Origin: the human T2T-CHM13v2.0 reference genome, Homo sapiens
Strand: one strand, 5' to 3'
DNA: 64,000 bases
NCBI RefSeq assembly: GCF_009914755.1
Contig: NC_060935.1
Part shown: piece by piece, positions 25,758 through 43,260 of the stretch
How the letters are laid out: each line of letters starts with the position of its first letter
How positions within the stretch are numbered: position 1 is the stretch's first letter
Position numbers and translations under genes: made by a program
The notes under the pieces: model-generated
Told to the model about the DNA's origin: nothing
Seen by the model: the letters and a program-made list of their open reading frames with translations, nothing else
The model's database searches: none

Positions 25758-28700
25758 AATTCTTAATTTTTAATGAAGTTTTCATTTTAACTAGGCTACC
25801 TGGGTCTGACTAGTTTGGCATCTATTATCTTATTTTCCCCTTTCCCCAACACTCTGGGGGAACTCAGGGGGAGGCAACCCCATCTGACAGAGGAAAAGCA
25901 AAGACCCAGGGGGAGGAAGGGCCTTGTCACCCAGTCACTGCAGAAGCAGGAGGAGAACGCAGGCAGTGTTTTTTCTATAGGGTGAGTCCCCACCAGGACC
26001 CCAAGGGCACTTCCTAAGGCTTGGCTCTGTGTGGGCACGGCGGGACAGGTGACACCCAGGTGCACAAGACAGGGGTCTTCATGCCAGGATTTAGGCTTCA
26101 GATTTGCAGTGACGTGACAATGCACATCACAGAGGGAGGCAGCGTCACATACGGTCAAGACCAAGAGGCGGAACGTCACGGCCACAGCTCATGAGACGAG
26201 TGCCCAAGCTCTGGCCAGCTCGGCAGGGGAGATTCATGTGAAAACAGTGCCTGCCACGATGTCAAGCTTCTAACGGGCCAGGAGTCCCCCCTACACGGAG
26301 GCTGAGTCTGGGAAGGAGACCGGAGGCCTCCACCAAGCTGCTACCTCCTCTGCTCATGGGGCTCCCATTTCAGAAGGCACTGCTGGCATGTGCCAGACAA
26401 ACATGTCCCAAATGAGGAGTGCTCAGGACCTTACTCCCAACTTTGCCAAATAGCTGGAGGCCAGATGTTCGTTTTGGGACTCAACTTTCCTTATCTGTAA
26501 AATGGGCAAACAAACCCTTACATGGCTCTTTTCTTCTGAAATCAAAGCCCTCTGTACTATCACACTGGTCTTTAATTGAAACAATAAATAAAGAGATCAA
26601 AGCCCTCTGTAAACTCTCCCGTTAATTTACATAACCTCTCTAGTATGTAAAGCCAGCATGAGCTTAAGTGCCTCCTATTTCAGAGATAAAATGAATCCCA
26701 GAAAGAAGCAGGAAGGATACTGCCCCACTGTGCGGGTGTTTTCATCTCACCAACATCTTTGCCCCACCTGCTCGGCAGGCCCATCAGAGGGGTGCAGTGA
26801 GGATAAGGTGTTTAGCCATAAGGCCCGAGATCCAGAGATTAGGAGCCCACGCAAGCATGCCAATTATCCCATCCCTCCCTGTCCCTGCCTCCGGGTTGGG
26901 GACGCCCACCTCACCGCCCTCATACAGCATCTCAGGCTGGGCAGGCAAGTGCCACCTTGTGGGGTTTACCACAGCATCACCCACCCCTGGAAATGACAGG
27001 TCCCTTTCTCTCACCAATGCCACAGCCATCACCTGCTCCTCAGAGCCATCAGCGAGGCTGGAAGCAGCAAGCACTTCCCTGGGTCCCTAATATGGAGAAG
27101 GGAGAACAGGAAAGTCTTTTGCCCACAGCCCACAGAGCTGCTAAGAAGGTGCCCTTGAAGCTTGGCCATCCACTGCTGGTGGTGTCTGACTCCATCACCC
27201 AACGCAAGGGACAAGTCCAAAGTGACACTTCTCAGAGTGACCCCAGCCACCGCATATGTCTCAAAGTAGAGAACTAGGGGGTTCCTGAGATGTCCTTCGG
27301 GGACCCAGAGTCCATGGGCTTTTGTTTCTGGAGGGTGTGACGAGTCCAACTACCTGGGCCCCTCAGTACCAGAGCCCTGGCCCAGAGCCCCTCCCCCTGC
27401 CAAGATGCCCGGGAGGATGCAGCACTGCTCTAGTGACCCCCAGGGTTTGCTGCGCACGAGTAGGGAGTTGTTGAGGGTGAGAATAAATCGACCCCTTGAA
27501 GACACGGAGAATGTCTCACTCATCTTCGTCAACCCAAGCCCAGCAGACTGGCTGTCAGATAGCTCACAATAACCTTTGCCCAAAAAGTGATGGAGACAGG
27601 AAGGAGAGAACAAGTCATTGAAGACGTGGGGACAGAGAACGGGCATTCTTCCCCTTACCCCCGCCTGCTCGCATTTCTCCACTCCCTTAATGAATCAATA
27701 CTTATGAAGCAATTGCATTTGCCAAGAATACTGTGAGACCCACATCAAAGGAGGAAGGATAAATGGGGGCAGCAGGATGTGAGCAAATATTTGGGGGGTT
27801 CTTACTATGAGCCAGACATGGCATTCACAGGTAAGAGCTGATCCTAACTCTCAAGTAACTCAGTTTCATTTTAAAAAGTCAAAAATACTCACAATAATTC
27901 ATCATGAATACAGATGAGAGCAGCGTAACAGAGGCAGAGACCAACAGAGTGAGGAGGAGAGATGGGCCGCTCTGTGGGCCTGGAAAGCTTGGCCACAGGG
28001 GCCTGCGCATGCCATGCCAGGAGCAGCACAGCCCAGGCGGGAGCCACTGCAGATCCAAGGGGCTGGGAGGGGAGGAGGAGGGAGGGCTGCGGGGCAGGCG
28101 GCTGCACAGGTTCACAGGTACAGCAGAAAACACCTTTTCTGGGGTGATATCATCAACTCGAAAGTGATCTGGCTGGGAGGGAACAAGGTGAGAAAGCTAT
28201 GCGTGAGCCAGTCTGCGTTCCTTGCACAGAGAAGAGGAACAGTGCCCCTGGTTCCTCACTACCAGCCCCTGAGAAGGAAGAACACTTGCTTTTGTTTTTT
28301 CCTTTTGCTTTTTAAAGTTGTCTCTCTGCAGTTTTCACCCCCACCAGAGGTCCCAACCCCAGTGGCCTACAAAGGCCAGGCTGGTAGTAGGAGGCCAAGC
28401 GACAGGCAGAGTGTGTATGGCTGGAAAGCGGCCCTGGTGATTCTAGGCCCCTCCTGCAGCCTTGCCAGCTTTCCCAGACCCATCAGCTCTCCAAAGGGAA
28501 GCCAGAAATCTACATCTAGGTGCATCTTCCCATTTTTAAATTTCAACTCAGAATTGTGAGAAACTGGGTGGGCCATCAAAACCCACAATTCAGGTGTGAC
28601 CTGAATTGATGCCATATCCTCTATGGGAGACAAGTGCAAGGGTACAGATCACAGAAAAGGGGGTGGGGCAGAGGGGAGAGGTGATAAAGACATCCCACAA

Positions 28701-30487
28701 GAATCCTGGAGCCCCACCATTTGCCACAATGCACTGAAAGGAGGTTGGGGTGGGGGCACAGGCTGAACTCGCTGGAGCTTTGCTATCAGAACCAAGGAAG
28801 CAGCATTTCTGGGTGCAGCCGGACCAGCCAACTGGCACCTGTTGCTTTGATCTCTGGTCTCAACTTCTTTCCATTACTTTATATCTTGACAAAATCGATC
28901 CCACAGGTCTTGAGCACAGGGTACACGATCTGGTAAAAGATAGCACAGGGCCAGTGGATTTACGCCAAAGGCAGCGCCACGTCCCCAGCAAGGAGGCCAC
29001 AGAACTTCCTAGCAGACCGGGGTGGAAGGGGAACTCTGGGGAGGGTTCAAACTTGGGGCAGCCTTCCAGATCTGTTTTTATCGGGGAAAAAAAAAGTCAT
29101 GCAATGATGGTTTTCCTCAACAAGCTAATCAGCTCAAAAACAAATCGTTTCCACTGATCAGAGATCCTTTCCAAGGATAACCTTCAACAAAAAAAAAAAA
29201 GCTGGACTGCAAAATGCAGCATTTTCTAGACAGTGAGGGCACTGAGATGAGTGTGTGGCATGCCAGCCCTAGAGACAACTTGCACTGCCCCTCACCCCTT
29301 GCCGCTAAGTGGTTCATGCCAACTCTCCCCCCAGATTGTGTGTCTGGACAGAATTCTGTCCTGTGCAGACATGGAATTTGAAAACAGATGCCTTGAGTTT
29401 GTGCTTTGGCTCCACAGCTCTTTAACTGTGTGACCTTAATCAAGTCCTTTAACCTCGGTTTCCTTAATGGGGCACCATGATGATAATCCCACCTTAGGGG
29501 TTGCTGTGTGGCTCAGATAAGCGAACAGCCCAAAAAGAGCTTTGCAAACTCCTGAGCACTGAACAAATATAAATTATTCCACCTCCTGGCGTTACTCCTG
29601 CAACCCCTGGGCTGCAATCTTGTGTCAAGTGAAATGGCTGCTGAGATCGTGCAGGAGGATTCCAGCCTCCACCAGCTCCAGCACCTGGGAGCTGAAGCAC
29701 GGCTCCCAGCACTCCCCTCGCCTTACCAGACAACACTTACTTGCCAGTGACCTCTAGCCCGAAATCACACTGCAAGAAGAGCTGTGACGTCCCTTGGTTT
29801 CTTACAAATTCCCCACATCCACCTATGGTACCAGAAGAAGCTGTTACCAGGGCAACTTGCAAAGTCCAACCTGCACATGTTAAAAAGGAACTGGCCCCAT
29901 CTTACCCCGTATGTCAGAAACACCTGCTGTTGCCTTAGAAACCTTCCTAATCATGCTGCTGAATGAGGAAATATTTGCAGGCCTGATCTGGTTTTCTTTT
30001 CCCGGAATGATTCCAGCTGTGCATCCAAGTACCAGACTCTTTTGTTTCCTGACTTCCCACAGGAGGTTAAAAAAAAAAAAAAAAATCAAATCATCAAGTT
30101 CTTCTCACCTGATCCAAAGCAGCACTGAACTGACTTTCCCCACAAGTGGAAAAGTTACAGTGTAAACCATGGAGAGGAAGGCGTTTTTAGTTTTCATTTT
30201 TTTGCGTTTTTAGTTTTCTTTTTTTTCTTTTAAGAGATGAAGGACTCGCTCTGTCACTCTGTTGCCCAGGCTAGAGTGCAGGGACGCAAAAGTAGCTCAC
30301 TTCACAGCCTCAAACTCTTGGGCTCAAGCAATCCACCTCACTTCCCAAGTAGCTGGGAGTCCAGGCCTGTGCCACTGCCCCCAGATGGCTTTCATCCTTT
30401 CTAAGGAATTGCTGGGGTTGGGGCTGGGTTGGGGTTGGAGATTCCTCCCACCCACCAGGGATAAATAGTTAAGACTACGTGAAGAGG

Positions 30488-30794
30488 GGCCAGGCGCGGT
30501 GGCTCACGCCTGTAATCCCAGCACTTTGGGAGGCCAAGGCGGGCGGACCACGAGGTCAGGAGATCAAGACCATCCTAGCTAACATGGTGAAACCCCATAT
30601 TTATCTACTAAAAATACAAAAAAGTTAGCTGGGCGTGGTGGCACACGCCTGTAGTCCCAGCTACTCAGGAGGCTGAGGCAGGAGAATGGCGTGAACCCAG
30701 GAGACGGAGCTTGCAGTGAGCCGAGATCGCGCCACTGCATCCCAGCCTCGGCGACAGAGCGAGACTCCATCTCAAAGTAAACAAACAAACAAAA
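30488..30794 (+). mobile_element. AluY
   Basis: ggagaatggcgtgaaccc and gagcttgcagtg diagnostics; 17-bp TSD AAGACTA(C/A)GTGAAGAGG at 30471-30487 and 30795-30811. Confidence 0.92.
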
Positions 30795-33700
30795 AAGACT
30801 AAGTGAAGAGGCTTTGGAGATAAAAACTCCTAGATTTCAATCCCATCCTGACCTTTCACTAGCTATATCACCATGGGCACATTATTCAGCCTTTCTCTGT
30901 TTCTCATTTGTAAAATGGGGCTAATACTACCAACATCATGGGGTTGTAAGGATTAAATGAGAATTAAACAAGACCACCAAGCAGCAGGTCTGGCACCAGG
31001 CAGTATTAATTCCCACTCCCTCACAACTTATTGTTAGGAAATGCTGCCTGTCAACTGTGCCAGGCGGCCAGCTAGGTCTAGAACCAGAGGACTCTGAAAG
31101 AGCTGATCCTGGACGGAAGCAAAGGATGTGGCTCCAAACAAGCTCCAAACCAATCTAGACAAGAGTCCTCAAACATAAGCATACATAGGGGGAATGTACA
31201 ATCTCTCATAGGGAAATTGCTTCATGAAGGAAACTGTCATCTTTACATAAATATTTACATAACAACTGAATGCTCCTCAATCCACTGAAAAACTCCATCT
31301 GACCCCCCTTTGTCCAGAGGCAGGGCCGTCAAGTGAGAAGACTCAAGAATAATAAGCCCATTCACTGTGCCAAATGGTGGGAGGCACCCAGAGTGGCAGA
31401 AGACTTCAGGAAATTAAGCCACTCAGCCGGCTGGGAGGCTCTATCAGCACGCGGCAGGCTGCAGAGCCCAGCACTCACACCCTGCCCCCTAGGTCGCTGG
31501 CTTGGCTTTGCTGACCCAGTCCGTCCCCTAAAGGGACTCCTCCCGAACCTGCTGAACCTCCACACACACCTGCATTCCAGCATTCCTAGATCTCCACTCC
31601 TCTCACTCTTCAACCAGACTTTCCCCCCAGCTTCCGTTTCTATCAGTGACTTCAGCTCCTGGCCCTGACTTCCAGGTCAGCTCAGACATGTGGGTCCCCC
31701 CCACCCCTGATGTCCAATCACCAAGTTTTAGCTAGTCAGTGTTCCAAAGGCTCTCACACACACCCATCCCTGCCCTATGCAGGCTGCAAACTAGTCTTCC
31801 CATCTCCAGGGTCTCTTTCTCACAACCATCCCACCAGGCTCCCCGGATGAATGTGTCCTATCATGCTGCTTCCCTAAGGCTGGCTGTCTTGCCCCCCTCC
31901 TCCCCTCACCGCCCCCACCTGTCAATGGGTGGCGGCGGGAGGGGTCAAGTAGCCTAACCAGTCTGGACAAGACACCTCCCTCCTCTGCCCATTTGCCCGG
32001 TTTGGCCTAATCCTGTCACTTTCAACCTTTTTCAAAGGAGTTTTTTTTTTTTTTTTTTCCAAACAGAACATTTAATCCAAACCCTACTGCACAGAACACT
32101 TCACAACACATATGCTCTGGGCAAACAGGTCGGGGGGAGCCCTGTTCTCACAGCTCAGTTTCCCCCTTGACCTAGAGTTGGCCCCTGAGACCACCGCCCT
32201 AACCCCCTACCCCGCTGCTCCCAACCCTCACCAGCCCCTTCCCTGGTCCCCTCCTCCACTCCCTTTCAGCTGTGATGTCTTGCCAGCAGCGTAGAGTGTG
32301 GGGAGTCATCAAACCAGGCCTTACCGCCTCCTGCCCAGTTGCCCTCCAGAGCCTCACTGTCCCATCAGTGTCAGGAACTGTGACAGGCCCTGTGTCTGAG
32401 GTTTAGAGGCTGCTCACAGTCCAGAGGCTGGCCCGGGTGTTCCGTACACAGCAACTAAGGTAATCCTCACCGCTCCTAAGCTGCTGTCCATCCTCAGGCT
32501 TTTCTCATTTTAAATAGGAGAAAACTGAAGTTCTGTGCCTGCCCACAGTTTCCCAGGGAGGAAACGCAGAGCCTGAACTGCAACAGAGCCCGTCCAGCTT
32601 CACGGCCCACGCGCCTCACTGTGCTCGGCTGCCTCGATCAAGTCTATCTACATCCACAGAACACCAGGCCTGGCTCTGGGGACCAACTTCATCAATGGTC
32701 ATCGGTACGGATATCTTCAACTAGACCCCTGAAGAGTAGGATCTGTTCTATTTTGTTCAGAACCCAGCATGATGCTGTCCTAACAAATACTAAAGTGGTA
32801 ACTACTCTCCTTCACCAGCCCTCAGACTAAAGTCCAAACAGATGTACCGGCCCAGGAGCCCCGGCAGCACAGGAGCAGTGCCTCCTTTGAAACTCAGCTC
32901 TGCAGGGGAGACCCAGGGATTAAAGGCTCTGAATCTGTAAGGCAGACAGCCCTGCACTCTTGCTTACTGTCTGGGGAGACCTTGGGTGGGTAATTTAAAA
33001 TCTCTGTGCCTCAGTGTCTTCTATAAGATGGAGCTTTTGTAAGGAGGAATTGAGTTTCATGCCTAGAAAGTCTAAAGTCTGGCTCTCAGGCAGGGATCAA
33101 TAAACAGTCGCTCGTGATTTCTATCACTGTGGCTGAGGGCAGACACTCAGCCCATTCTTACCTCTGCAACTCAAGCACTTCCCGTGTCAACGCAGGACAG
33201 AGAATTTAAGATTCCTCCAGAGCTGGCATCAGTCAACAGAGGAACGTAACTCCAAAGGCTGGATGTAATCAGACCAACAGCATTCAGAGTCAATCAAAAT
33301 GACGGCCAAGAAACAGGTGATTTAATAGGTAGCCGGTTTTTGAAACTTTCTGACAGTAAAGCCAAGCCACTCGGCAAGGCCTCTTCTTTCTTTGGCCCAT
33401 GACTGACTTGAAAAGGAAAACATACTGACTTCACACCAACTTCCACTTGTATCTCCTTTGTCCCTACTGTTCAGATGACTCGGAAAGGATTTCAATCTGC
33501 AGCTGTCCATCCTCCCCCAGCCCACTTCTAATCTGCACAGAGCAAGCTGAGCAAGTGGATTTAACTGTCCCTTTAAGGAGGGATCAAGAGGAAGGTCAAG
33601 GCAAAGGACAAACATCCAGGAGTGTGCACCGGTCATGCAAGGTGTGTCTGTTCAAAGCCCAAGATGATAAGACCGCTGTACTCACTGAGGTTTGGCCATC

Positions 33701-34589
33701 CTACGCTGACATAAAGTGGGGCAGCTGCAGACCCTACCCCTGCCAGTGATAAGCCAGACCCAGAACTTCCAGGTCCAGTGGAATCATCCACAGGCAGACA
33801 GGTATAGCCACAGAAAAAGAGAAACCAAGCCAGGGCCTTCTCAAATCAATTCTTGACTCAGGCAGGAATCCACGAAGGCCATTATCAAACAAAGGGTGGC
33901 AAAGCTGTATCCATGACCACACTGAGCTCTGGACTCATTTTCATCCTTGTACAGAAAGTCTGCCCTAAGCCCGCCTTGGCCCTCTCCAGCCCTCTTCTAC
34001 ACCCCCCAGTAACCTCGAGAGAACACTATCAGAGCTCCCATGGCCCTCCCATGGCTCCCCAGCATTTGGTATTATGTTCCAAATCTTGTGCTCCTCAGCT
34101 TGGTATACAACGCCTTGTATCAGCTGACCCCGAGCCTCTATTTCTCCATGGGTTGCTCACTCCATCCCAACTCTTTCTGTTCTACCTACTAGTCCCAGAA
34201 CAAAAACCACACTTCCAGTCACTTGACATATATTGATCTCTAAACAGCAGTAAGACAGGGATCCTGCCCGGCAAGGAATTCGCAGCACAGGCTTCTCCGC
34301 CTTTGCTCTTGCTCTCCACTCTGCCTGGAATACTCTTTCCTACACTTTCCCCATGTAGAAAATGCCTGCTCCATCCCTCAAAAGCCAGCAACTCTCTAAA
34401 GCTTTCCTTGCTTCTTCCTCCCAAAGAGTTCATCCTGCCTTCCATGGTACTCTGTACACAGCACATAGCATTTCTTATTTAGGAATCAGCATGCTTCTCC
34501 AGCAAGAGTGTGAGCTCCCCAAGGGCACAGCCCATGTCGTGTTTGTTTCTGCATCCCAGCGCCTAGGTCAACACTGGGCACATATAAGG

Positions 34590-34964
34590 TGATATGGTTT
34601 GGCTCGGTGCCCCTGCCCAAATCTCATCTTGAATTGTAATCCTCATAATCCCCACAGGTGGAGGGAGGGACCTAGTGGGAGGTGATTAGATCATGGGGGC
34701 GGTTCCCCCATGCTGTTCTCGTGACAGTGAATGAGGTCTCATGAGCTATGATGGTTTTATAAATGTTTGACAGTTTATCCTACAGACACTGTCTCACCTG
34801 CCGCCATTAAGACGAACGCACTTCACCTTCTGCCATGATTGTAACTTTCCTGAGGCCTCCCAAACATGCAGAAGTGTGAGTCAATTAAACCTCTTTCCTT
34901 TATTAGTTACCCAGTCTTGGGCAGTTCTTTTTATTATAGCAGTGTGAAAAAACGGACTAATACA
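34590..34964 (+). mobile_element. ERVL-MaLR solo LTR (THE1D/MSTA-like)
   Basis: TGATATGGTTTGGCT start and GGACTAATACA end; internal caattaaacctctttccttt motif. Confidence 0.88.
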
Positions 34965-35479
34965 CCAGGCATCCAAGGAATGCTGACTGGACAGGGACTT
35001 CCACTTTTGGCTAATGTGGAGGGAGAGGCACTAGATTTATTCTCCTGCCACAAAAAACTAAAAAGCCAGACAAAGCCAAACAAAACACATAAAATGATAG
35101 TTTGTAAACATTGGACATCAGACAGCACAGACCCCTGACAGTGGGAAACAACCAAGGTGAGTGCTATAGCTGCTCCAAGTTACTCCTAGAGGGACTCCGG
35201 GCCCAAGACACAGGCAGTGGAGGAGAGGAATTCACACTCCAGGGAGGCCAGGGTAGCCAGAGTTCACAGGGCAGAGTACCAGAGAGGAAAGGGCCACACA
35301 GAGAACCCAGAAACCTACAGAGGGTCCCCCTCCAGTTCTCAGCTGGTACTGATCTATACCAGTCCAAGGCAACAATCCTTGGAGCTCAAACTGAAACAGA
35401 AATAGTCTTGCGTGCCCACCAGCCACAGTGGAAAAACCTCATCATTCACAGGACATTGGTAAAGTACTAAGGACAGAAT

Positions 35480-40025
<4,546 letters not shown>

Positions 40026-41003
40026 GTGTTTACCAGATAGGAGAATAAAGTAATCCTATAATGCTGACTTTATCCGTGACTAGTTGTAATCCTGCTTGAG
40101 GTGGGACCAGATAAATCAGCGGAACTAAAAATACTAACAGGTCTTCAAAGGTAGGGCCTACCTGCCTGAGCTATCTGTTTGAGGTTCACTGGGGAGACTC
40201 TCTCTCCTCTCCAGCCCATCCTAAGCCCCAGGGGTCCTACTTGTCAGCCCCAGCTAAATCAAGACAAACCTGTTTGATATTTGCTTAAGTCTTTCACATA
40301 AACCAGTAAAGGAAGATAAAGAGGTGAGATATGAATTGGAAGGAGCACCTACTAAGTAAACATGCCTTTACAGCTAGCAAAACCTCAGACAGTGCTGCCA
40401 TTAGACACCTCTCTGTCATTCGGTAAGCACCTGGGAACAGACCAAAACCTTGTGGAAACGCCACATCCTTCAAGGACACTTCTAACAGAATTTCCACACA
40501 ACAGAGATCCAGCTGGATTAAAAGAGCTAAATCCATTAAATCAGGTCTTGAGTGATCTAATTTTGTCAGCCTGGAAAACCCCTACTATTACTGGCCAAGA
40601 GTGTCCAGAAATGATTCATATGGCTAGTTAACCCAAAGGCCTTTTAAGGGCAAATTAACAAATTTCAAAGCAATAAACAAAAAGAAAACAAGAATCCTCA
40701 GGAATAATGTCACTTCCAAGCTACCAGTGGCCCAGCAAATCTACAAAGTTCTTAAAGGCAGTGTTTCCCAAACTTGCCTTACCGTAAGAATCACCCAGTG
40801 CATTTGTTAATAGATTTCTGGGCCCTCCTCCAGACAATAGCCCAAGAATCTCTAGAGGTGGAGCTCTGTATTTTTAACAAGCATCAGAAATTATTCTTAA
40901 GGTCCAGCACCTTTGGGAAACTAAACGGTCTGAGAGGCAGTATCACAGAGTTAAAAGCACATTAACTTCGAAATGAGACTGATGGGTTACAAATCTCACT
41001 TGT

Positions 41004-41391
41004 GGCCAGACGCAGTGGCTCACACCTGTAATCCTAGCACTTTGGGAGGCCAAAGCGGGTGGATCACCTGAGCTCAGGAGTTCGAGACCAGCCTGGCCAA
41101 CATGGTGAAACCCCGTCTCTACTAAAAAATACAAAAATTGCTTGCAGTGAGCCGAGATCCCGCCACTGCACTCCAGCCTGGGCGACAGAGCGAGACTCCG
41201 TCTCAAAAAAAAAAAAATAAATAAAAAAAAAAAAATACAAAAATTAGCCGGGCGTGGTGGTGGGCACCTATAATCCCAGCTACTTGGGAGGCTGAGGCAG
41301 GAGAATCGCTTGAACCAGGGGGCGGAGGTTGCAGTGAGCTGAGATCACACCACTTCACTCCAGCCTGGGCGACAGATCAAGACTCCGTCTC

Positions 41392-41420
<29 letters not shown>
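41004..41420 (+). mobile_element. AluS-type host element split by the AluYa5 insertion
   Basis: Left arm 41004-41139; right arm from 41246; poly(A) to 41420. Confidence 0.9.
41140..41229 (+). mobile_element. 5'-truncated AluYa5 nested in the A-rich linker of an older Alu
   Basis: 65 nt matching the AluYa5 3' end including the GAGATCCCGCC diagnostic, all CpGs intact; A-rich tail; TSD AAAAAATACAAAAATT at 41124-41139 and 41230-41245. Confidence 0.85.
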
Positions 41421-41423
<3 letters not shown>

Positions 41424-42579
41424 AAACTTGGCCACTTACTGGCTGTGTGACACTAGCCAGGTTATCTAACATCTCCGCAACTCACTTCATCTGTAAAACG
41501 GGATCATCACCTATTTGGACATGTTCGCAAAATTCGGTATGTTCAGAAAGCCCTAGAACAGTGCCCAGCATATGAAGCCAAGCAACAAATCACAGCTATT
41601 GCTACCTGCAAAACAGCGGCCAGAAACTGCTCAGAAAGTCTACAATGAAAATGTTCTACTTAATGGAAATTACAAAGGCACGGAACCACATTTCCAAGAT
41701 AATCTAGGTAAAAGGCTTTTCTGGGCACTATGACCGCAAAGAACAAAGACTCAGTTTAGCGTCCAGTATTTTCATTGCAACAGTCCCCGATCCCACCCGG
41801 AACTACAGAGTTCAGGTGTCTGTAGGGTTGCAGCTTTGGACAACAAAGTAAGAGTCTTTCTTTCCCCAGTTCCTCGGTCACCACCACCTCCAGCTCTAAG
41901 GCCAAAAGTCACAGAACTGAGAGTCTGGTGGCAGCATCTTGGTGCATTAGTAGGAAATGGGACTCCTGGAGCCAATAAAGAGGGTGGAAAAGGCCTTAGG
42001 CAGCAAGAGAACTGAGGTACCGCTGGAGCGAAGGGAAATGAGTGGGAAGTTTCTGGAGCTGAAGACTGACATTCCCAGGGTAAGTGAGCCCAGACAAGGT
42101 GTAGCTGGGAAAGCACTGCCTCAGCTCAGCGACTAAAACCCCAGGTTGTAGAGTCCACTCTGCCAGTAACTCACAAAACACCTCCAGTTAACTCCTTCTC
42201 CCATCCGTAAAGTGGGAAATCGCCTCATCGGCTGAGGAGGAAATGAAGAGGAACCAGGCATATAATGGGTATGTATACATCAGTGCCCTTTGCGCCCAGA
42301 GGGTCCCGGGGTAAGAAATGTTCAGTGATGCTGGGAGGTCCAAGTCTGAGTCCTGAACAAAGCCAAAGCTGAAACTCCCATCTCTCAATGCCCTGGAGAA
42401 AGGGCACAAGCCAGTAAGTCACAGAGCAAAGTCCCTCCAACCTCCCCTCTGCCACTCGTCTCCCGCGTGCCCTCTGGCAAGTCGGACCCTACTCTTAGGC
42501 CTCAGCTTCCCCATCTATACAATGGGCTAATTGGCTCTAATGTCATCAGAATTGTGACCGCAAGATGCTCACATATGGG

Positions 42580-43260
42580 ACGAGGGCCTGCAGAGACGCA
42601 GAAAGGAGGGTGGCGGTGAGTGGTGGGGCGGAACTGGAGGTGCGACCCGCCGGGGAGCCGGGGCGGCGCCTCGCGCTCTCCCTCCCTCCCTCCCACCGCG
42701 AGGGGCAGGGGCGCCGGCCCCCGGCGAGAGTCACGCGCCCCTCGTGCCCAATCACCGGCCTCTGCCAGGATGAGGCGGGCAGGCGGGGGCGCTCCGGGAG
42801 CCACGGCCGGCGCCGCCCCCACCGTCGTCCTCTGCCCCGCCCGCCTGCGGCAGAGCCGGGACCCTCCCCAGTCTCCGCTCACCTGCCAGGGCCGCCGTCG
42901 CCGCCGCCACCGCGGGTTAAACCGCAGCCGCGCCCACACTTCCGGGGTCCGCCAGGCCCGCCCCCTACCGGATGTGACCCCCTTGCAACGTCCGGCGCCC
43001 CAGTGGCGCGCGTGCTCGCCCCGCGACCCCGTTGGCCGCCCCGCCTCGCGCGCCTCTGAGTTACCACGACATCGTGCCACACACACACGCTCGCGGCCGC
43101 CCGGGCCACAACCACGGGAGCGCCCACGAGACCCCTCCAGCGCTCGCCGCACGCCTCGGCCCCGCCCCCGGTAAGAGGCCCCGCCCACTGGGCGGAGACC
43201 AGGCCGCTCTGGGCTAGTGCGCCGGCGCGGACGTCCGCCGCCTTCCGAGTGGCCAGCGAG
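42580..43260. promoter_or_regulatory. CpG island, TATA-less promoter of VPS37C
   Basis: Very high GC and CpG density; ETS CCGGAAGT on - at 42938-42945 and CCGGATGT on + at 42968-42975; GC boxes at ~42955, 43158, 43177 and 43190. Confidence 0.92.
42883..42920 (-). other. VPS37C: VPS37C non-coding exon 1; TSS approximate
   Basis: Strong donor CAG|gtgagc at 42883/42882 inside the CpG island, immediately downstream of ETS and GC-box motifs. Confidence 0.8.
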
